Shown here: piece by piece, positions 23,161 through 29,980 of the stretch
How the letters are laid out: each line of letters begins with the position of its first letter
Numbering within the stretch: the first letter of the stretch is position 1
Source of the DNA: Utricularia gibba
Lineage: Eukaryota > Plantae > Magnoliophyta
Reading direction: 5' to 3'
DNA: 29,980 bases
NCBI GenBank assembly: GCA_002189035.1
Contig: NEEC01000104.1
Coordinates: forward strand, 1-29,980
Position numbers and translations under genes: made by a program
Notes under the pieces: model-generated
Databases searched by the model: none
What the model saw: the letters and a program-made list of their open reading frames with translations, nothing else
Told to the model about the DNA's origin: nothing

Positions 23161-23655
23161 TCATCCAAAGCACTGTTCGCTGGGAAGAGGACCGGGAAGG
23201 GAACCCTGATCGAGAAACTGCAATCCAAACACCACAATTATTCCCAACAGACACAGATACGAGAGACCCTCAACGGCTCCCAGTAATCCAAATGGCCCGT
23301 TCGGAAGACCCGAACCCGTTTTGCTCTTCGTGTACAGAGACCACGCCACGATTGCGCCAACCGTCAGAAAACTCACTCCCTCCAGCGCGCCGATTGATCC
23401 TCCAGGACCCGGAGGGAGCCCGCATCTGGTGGTCTTAAGTGTGTACAGAGACCAAACCACCACCGGTTCGCGATTAGACCTCCTATAATGGCTGCGCTCT
23501 CCACGACGGTGGGGCTGCCGCTACCCTTCGCCACGGGCCATGGCGTGAATTTTGAGATACGGCAACGGGGAATGGATTCCGGCCGGTGCAGAAGGCGGCA
23601 TAGCGACGGCAGCTTGCGATTGCGGGAATTGAAAGGGGGTTGATAGCAGCAACAT
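23161..23655 (-). CDS. Small, probably plastid-targeted membrane protein with duplicated WSLYT..TGxGLPxGPxG..GA.EG motif (At3g50685-like); two apparent indels
   Basis: ATG at 23655 gives the transit-peptide-like MLLLSTPFQFPQSQAAV..LKIHAMARGE. Shifts at about 23525 and 23465 join it to SPTVVESAAIIGGLIAN(P)VVVWSLYTLKTT.CGLPPGPGGSIGALEG..WSLYTKSKTGSGLPNGPFGLLGAVEG..PSEQCFG*. Confidence 0.8.
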
Positions 23656-24539
23656 TTTTTTTCTGGATGGAGCTTGTGGCTGCGAACTGGCTGCCTTAGC
23701 TTCAGATGCGAGAGCAATGGCTACAAAAATATTAGCTTTTTATTCTTTATTTCTTTTATTGTACAGAATTACACATCGCATACATCACCCCTAATCAGAT
23801 CCGTTGCCAAGATCCGAATCATCCACCTCTCACGAACTATTTAGCTACTGTATTTTGCAAACTCAGGTACAGAGTCCTCGTTCAGATCTGTCCAAGCTAC
23901 ATTTTTTCAACGAAAACTTTAAAAAACGGAATCTGGTAGCAATTTGAAGTGCTAGTTGCAGCCAGGAATGGTGAGGCAGGAGGCAACTCCACTATACGGT
24001 GTACAGGCCACGTTGCCCACCGACTCATCACGTGAACGGACGCAAATTCCTGGCTCATTTCTCGCTTATGTTCCGCTTTAATCGCGAATCGTCAATGCGT
24101 TTTGCCTTTAGTTTTAGTTTGTCATCCAACGCTCCCCTGTTGGTGTCGGTCTGAAATTTCTCTCTTTTATCTCAAATCTCCAAATGGGTTTCGTTGTTTT
24201 TCCTTTCCCTTTGATGGATGCCTCCTGTTGATAGATCCATGTTTTGCATTCTTGCCTAAGGATCATTTTCTGTGATTTGCGAATTGGTAGGAAGTAGTTT
24301 GGTTCATCGTTTTGAATCAGTTTCGCAATTGCACAGGGTTTTCCATCTAATTCAACTCCAAAAACAATCTGAACTTTTGCTGCGTTACATACGTTTTTGA
24401 AGGAAAATTCCATCTTTACAAGGGAAATGGAACATGGGGTCAATTCTCTCGAGCTTGCAGTTTTCTTGTACAGTACAGTTTCTCATAGATGCAACATTTC
24501 TCTTTGCCGTAGGCTGTAAGAAGCTAGCTTTGCCACAAA

Positions 24540-25449
24540 ATGTCCTCCCTAGCAAGAGGCGCGATATGGACATCATGAAACTGTGAGTATTGCTTTCCCA
24601 TGGTTTTTCTTCGCTGACGCGATATGGATATCATCTACATGACTGCAGAATGATGAGTGATTATAATGTTGAATCGGTTGATGATCGCGCAAATGAGTTC
24701 AACATAGAATTTCATGGACCCAAAGAGAGTAATCTACCAACCTTGTCATTGTGCAAAGATGACAATTTTGTTTACCTACTGTTGCTGTCTCTTTCACTTG
24801 TTGATCACTTTCTTCTCTGCGCTGCATCTGATTTAGGTCTGTATGAAGGTGGAGTATGGAAGGTTCGAGTTGAACTTCCTGATGCATATCCTTACAAGTC
24901 TCCTTCTATCGTGTTCGTGAACAAAATTTTCCACCCCAATGTCGATGAACTGTAAGCTCTGCAAGTCTTTCTGTTTCTGTGTGCATCTGAGTAGCTAGCG
25001 CCTTCCTTGTCTTGATAGGTCTGGATCTGTCTGCTTGGATGTGATAAATCAGTCTTGGAGTCCGATGTTCGGTACGCACAAAGTTTGCTCGAATTCTTCT
25101 TGTCGAATCCAGGGCATATTGGTGTCTTCTTCTAATGCAGATCTGATAAACGTGTTCGAGGTGTCCTCCCTCAACTACTGCTTTATCCAAACGCAGCAGA
25201 TCCCTGAATGGAGATGCTGCCTCCCTCATGATCAAAGACAGGACCCAATACGAACAGAAGGTGAAGGGTATGTTCTCTACCTTGATCCTTTCTTTTATCA
25301 TGGGAGCTGAGATGGTTTCGGTGATCAGAATACTGCGAACGCTACGCGAAGCAGACTGTGGGTAACGCCGGATCGGAGGAGAGTAGCGATGAGGCAAGTG
25401 ATGAGGAAGAATTCAGCGACGAGGATGTTCTGGTCATGCCGATCTGTGA
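24540..25449 (+). CDS. UBC: Ubiquitin-conjugating enzyme E2, UBC4/5/6 (UBE2H) type; 6 exons, with four apparent 1-bp deletions
   Basis: MSS(P)[11 protein letters not shown]|[16 protein letters not shown]|[38 protein letters not shown]|[17 protein letters not shown]|DLINVFEV(F)LPQLLLYPN..|EYCERYAK plus an acidic tail. Exons 24540-24582, 24649-24728, 24837-24951, 25019-25071, 25141-25267 and 25329-25449. Active-site Cys in SVCLDVI. Confidence 0.92.
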
Positions 25450-25600
25450 TTTCCCGTTTCCTCAACTCCTTGATGATTGCTGTGAAACTAGAACCAGAAA
25501 CCGGGTGTTTTTTTTTTTTTTTACCAGAAAAGATGAAAAGAATTAAGTTTTTGCATTCAAACAAACGTAAATGCAGACAAAAGAGACACTGACCGATCCC

Positions 25601-26060
25601 TCAGTGCGGAGTGCTCTGCAGATTCTTGATCGCCCCCGGAATCGCCGCGTATCGCGCCGAGAAGTCCCTGAAAACCACATCGCTATCGTCCTCGGCTCCT
25701 GTCCCCGTCCGTCGTCGAAATTGAGGGCGTAGCTCAAAGGATCGTACTGAAATCTCGTCGGCTTCACTCTTCCGGAAGTCTTGTTAAGCCGCCGAATGAA
25801 CGTCTTCCACTTAGGCCCAGCGAGGAGCTCCGACCATTCCCTCACCTTCTTCAACGCATCCACAGAATTCATCGAAAAACTCCGATGACGTGTTCCGGCA
25901 CAGAAATCCGCTCCCAACCTTCCGATTTTCTGGATCCAAAACAGGGGAATTGGAGGCAGCGGGAGCCCCATCCAGAGCTATCAAAGACACCTGAATTCGA
26001 TTCATCAACGGGCTCATTCGCGTCGCTTCTTGAGGGTAAACCGGCGGCGAGTTGCGCCAT
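25601..26060 (-). CDS. Small intronless plant protein of unknown function (conserved REWSE..AGPKWKTFIRR / FQYDPLSYALNFDDG family)
   Basis: ORF 26060-25869 (MAQLAAG..CLQFPCFGSRKSEGWERI) shifts at about 25893 into ALKKVREWSELLAGPKWKTFIRRL..FQYDPLSYALNFDDG. A second shift at about 25694 gives DDSDVVFRDFSARYAAIPG..STPH*. Confidence 0.8.
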
Positions 26061-28352
26061 TAAACCGAACTCAAAAGAAACCCTAGCAGAAAACTCCCAT
26101 ATTCAAAAGCTTTCTTCCCTCTTACTTCGAGTTTCCTGCTGATTTCCCTGATCTAAACCGGCGAGTGGAAAAACGGTAACTCGGAAGGGCTACGGGGAAA
26201 CGCCGGTTTCAAGAAGCGCCATCTTTACTACGCTCTTTAAAGAAGTAGCCAGATGGCAACCGGCAGATGACCGGAATACACCTGGGTATAGAATTCCAGG
26301 TCAGTGAGGTACAACGGTCGAGCTACGGCCTAGGTTTTTAAACACTCCATCGGTGGGTTAGGTTTTAGGGCTTTCAACAATAAAAATGATACATTTAATG
26401 AAATTCATTATTTATTAATAAAATATATGAAAAAAATAAATTATACAAAGAAATAATGAGGTTAAAACATTAAACTTGAGACTTAAACATTTTTGAAAAA
26501 TTTTTGAAATCATATATTTACTTTTTAAAAATAAAAATAATTTTGTTCTAAAATATTAATAATTATAAAAGTAATTTTATCAAAAATATTTTAAAATTAT
26601 ATTATAAAAATTACTTTTAAAAAATAATAAATATATTACTTTTACTTTTCTAAAATAATTTTTAAAAAGTAAAAATAAATTCCAAAAATTTTCCAAAACA
26701 ATATTTTAGATGATATTCTACACGACTTTTTGAATTACTTCTCCTTATACAATCATAATAATACGAATATAATCAGAACAATAAATAATTATCTTTTTTC
26801 TTTTGTTTTTAAATTTTTCTTTCTTCTTATTCATCCATTCCCTATCATTTAAAATGGGATAGACACCAAGTTTTATCATCCTAAAAATATTATATGAATT
26901 TACCTTTAATATGCTAGATTTTGTTTTTTGAAACTTTTTGATAATAAACTACCTTTTATAACCTCTTAAAAACAATAAATATCTATATTTTTTTTTCAAC
27001 CAAAAATCGTTTATGTTTTTCGTCTGATCTACCAAAATCGCTGATTTGTTGAGAAAATATTTAATTTAATCTTCTTTCATATAATAAAAATAGAATTTAG
27101 AAAAATACCCATTTTTAGATGCCCACATTGAAACTTGTTCGATATTTTGGCCTCGCCAAGCCACGAGCCGCCGTTCAGCCCAACGTAGTGGCCCATATTG
27201 CAATGTCCACTTTGCTTACCGCGTATTCATATGATATTTTAATTTACTCAATATTAAATGTAGGTGGAATTAATTTAGATAAAAAATAAATAATTTCAAA
27301 AATACGAATGTGTTTTATAAATATTATTATTAATTAAGAATCATTTCTCACGTGCATGATATAAAGTTTATGATGAAATTCACATATGATATTATCAAAA
27401 TTCTATATTAAATAATTATAAACACACATTAGATTAATATTGAAATTTCATCAAATGATTAAATAAACTCATTTTAAATAAAATAATTACTTAAATGTAC
27501 AATCCATATTATTAAATATCAGTCCTTAACAAATATGTGACTAAGCTCTAAAATATTATATAACTAATGAAATATGCAATAAAAATTCTGAAATATTGTT
27601 AAGACTGGTCTAGTGGTGGCAGGTTGTGCAAGAGAAGGGGTTGAAGGCCAATAAGCAATACACGTTTCGTGTGTGCTCCAAGGCGCTAAGGATTAGACAC
27701 CTACCAGAAGACATTAACATATACCTAAACCTCTGCTCCCCTCCTCACTGTGCACTACCTTGTGATCATCTTGGCCACATGACACTAGCCGAGCATTCAT
27801 TTGGAACAACATGCAGTTCAGATCCTCCCACCTCCTCTTAATGCCATCCTTGATTCGCATCCATTCAAACTCGTTGTTCTGTAAAGTATGCGTGGGTGGA
27901 GCTAAATCAGAGAAAGTTAAAAGTTAAATAATCAAGTATATAAAAAAATATATATTAATAATGATTGGTTCTATTTGATATTTTATAATGTAATTCATGT
28001 TTATTATGTATTTGGATTTTAAGTAATCATTTGATTCATTGGATACTTAAGTTTAATATTAGGTGAACAAGGAAGCATGCTGGCTAGATGTTCCGTTTTT
28101 TAATCTTTCTCACCCAAGTGCATGAAAATGGTGAAATTTTTTTCGTGTAGTTGAGTTTTTGGTGCAATGAGCGGTATGCATTGTAAAAGTGCTGGTTTAA
28201 GAGAGTAATCATTTGCATCTTGTGTTCACCAATCATGGCGTATGGTTGAGATATTTCATGGAACTGGTTAGAATACCCCCCAATAATTTGATATTTCTGC
28301 AGTCGCACACACAAGCCACACACACGTAAAGCAGCGTCGATCAATACTCGTT

Positions 28353-28614
28353 TCAGTTGTGTACTACCTCCATGACGGTTTCCCGACGATGAAAGCTCCG
28401 GTGGCAGCCGCAGGCGGCGCAAATGAGGGCCCCACGGGTGCCGTCCTCGCGGAGCCATGAACTCCCGCAGCCGTCCACTGCGTAGCCGCCCTCATTCGCA
28501 ACCTGGTTCTTCTGGCACTCGCGTACCTCACCGTCCGCACGGTGGAGCGGAGCCGGTAGAGTTGGTCGGAAATTGGTCGTCGGATTTCAAGCAGACCACG
28601 TGGCGTTTCTTCAT
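28353..28614 (-). CDS. MIF: Mini zinc finger protein (ZF-HD zinc finger without homeodomain), broken as read by five single-base deletions
   Basis: MKKRHVV start. The repaired reading gives VRYAECQKNQVANEGGYAVDGC(R/G)EFMA..EDGTRGALICAACGCHRSFHRRE..*, the MIF/ZF-HD CCHC-type signature. TATA-like TATAAAT on the minus strand at 28734-28728. Confidence 0.85.
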
Positions 28615-28705
28615 TCGGACGGGGAGTGAGATGCTCCCTGTCTCCTCAAGATTGTTATCTCCACCAAATCGGACTGGTTTTCTTCTTCGTCTATGTGCAG
28701 CGGGG

Positions 28706-28719
28706 AACCCTAACCCTAG
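28706..28719. promoter_or_regulatory. Telo-box-like motif (AACCCTAACCCTAG) just downstream of the MIF TATA box
   Basis: Two AACCCT units at 28706-28717; similar to the AAACCCTA telo-box found in plant promoters and 5' UTRs. Confidence 0.4.
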
Positions 28720-29980
28720 ATAGCTCCATTTATACAGCGAGACAGAAGATTCCTTTCAAACGTGAACCACTAAACATATTTGTTTGGCAGATATTTTTTA
28801 ATTATTCCGTTAATCACCATATTATAACACTTTGTTCCTGTACGAAATACCGAAAATCAATAAACAAAAAAACGAGCCATTCCTCCCGTTGCCTATTCAT
28901 GATACATCTGGTTTCATGGACTAGTCAATTCTAAATATTAAATAAGTTATAGTATACTTGTTGAAACTAAGTATCGAAGTAATTCAAATATATAAAAAAT
29001 ATAGATCACATTAGAAAAAATTATATTCAACTAATATTTAATTATTTTTTCTAATAATACTTTGTATTTTCACTTAGCTAGTATTATATTAATATCAACT
29101 AATTATCTTTATATTTCCACTAGAGTCATAAGTAACTCCCCACCCTATTTTAGTCTCAACTAATAATGAATTGATGGCGCCCAACTACCCTGCTTCCAAG
29201 CCTCACTTAGCGAGGCCCACTCACTAGATTATTGGAAGACCCCTGGCCCCACACCACGTTCACTTCATTTCACCCCTCAGGACCGACGGACGACGCCGTT
29301 TCCTACAGGAGGCGACGGGGTGTTATTAAATAAAAATATAGATTATATTACATACTGTATTTCACGAATGCTTTAATTCAACTGCAAATTTGTCGTCAAA
29401 ATTATTTTATTTTGCTTTTCAATCTGAAAAGGTCGACGACAATGGAATGTTTGTCGGTACTAGTAAAATTGAATTGAAAAAAAAATAAGATTATAAATTG
29501 AGCATCAATTATGTCATTAATATAAATAATAGCAACTGTTTTTTTATTTTTAAATAATAGAAATCAATTATAAATGGTTTTGCGTAGCTGAGGGTCAATG
29601 AGATGGGCCCATGCTTCACCATTTAAAATAATGATATAATAACCAAAAATACGTAAGCCATGCCATGCATGCGGTGTTGGGTTGTGGGGGAGGCCCATGT
29701 GAAGTCATGGCCCAATCCTCTCCCTGCTGCAGGCCCAGCAGCTGGTGGATGGGTCCTTTTGTCCCAGTAGGAAGGACATGAGATGGGGTAGGGGCCAGGG
29801 GCTCCAATGATGCGGCTCTGCTTGGCCCAGCAGCTGCTTCCATTCAAAGCATTTATGGGTCCGGGTCCGGGTCCGGGTTTTGTCCATGTAATTTGGTCCA
29901 CTCCCGAGTTTACATCAACCATTTGGTCCAATCGTACCGCATCACTTCAAATCACATTACGCCCATCATAATCACCCTGT

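Noticed and set aside
27121-27130. GCCCACATTG USE-like motif
   Set aside because: No TATA box at Pol II or Pol III spacing.
27605-27650. TGGTCTAGTGG tRNA A-box, suggesting a tRNA or SINE
   Set aside because: No convincing B-box (GGTTCRANNCC), no cloverleaf, and no TSD or A-tail seen.
28706-28719. AACCCTAACCCT as a telomerase RNA template or interstitial telomere
   Set aside because: Only two units, no USE-TATA promoter, and it lies in the MIF 5' region; a telo-box is the simpler explanation.
29616-29931. Minus-strand ORFs 29623-29931 and 29616-29843 as real genes
   Set aside because: No recognisable domain; the PGPGPG stretch derives from the GGGTCC tandem repeat. Not excluded, but unsupported.
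1-29980. CRISPR arrays, rRNA, tRNA genes or known miRNA hairpins
   Set aside because: No regularly spaced repeats and no recognisable rRNA, tRNA cloverleaf or conserved mature miRNA sequence were found by eye.

Overview
Gene-dense angiosperm nuclear DNA with very short introns (many 60-75 nt), suggesting a compact genome. In order: 3' part of a nuclear group II intron maturase (nMAT2-like, +), a patellin (+), a CHFR-like RING E3 ligase (-), plastid rhomboid RBL9 (+), cytokinin hydroxylase CYP735A (+), an unexplained GC-richer island (14.6-15.7 kb), and a signal-peptide LEA gene (+). The last intron of the LEA gene carries a very recent, full-length 5.56-kb Ty1/copia retrotransposon. After it come a small plastid membrane-protein gene (-), a UBC4/5/6-type E2 (+), a small 'REWSE..GP.WK / YDPLSYALNFD' protein (-) and a mini zinc finger gene (MIF, -). 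The most unusual object is the copia element. It has an 18-nt PBS matching tRNA-Trp rather than tRNA-iMet, non-TG..CA termini, LTRs differing only by one A in a homopolymer, a pol frame that reads on into the 3' LTR, and an insertion site 8 nt upstream of a host 3' splice site. About 20 frameshifts across nearly all genes are one-base shortenings of short homopolymer runs, which points to uncorrected long-read assembly error rather than pseudogenes. All family assignments are from recalled motifs; no searches were run.
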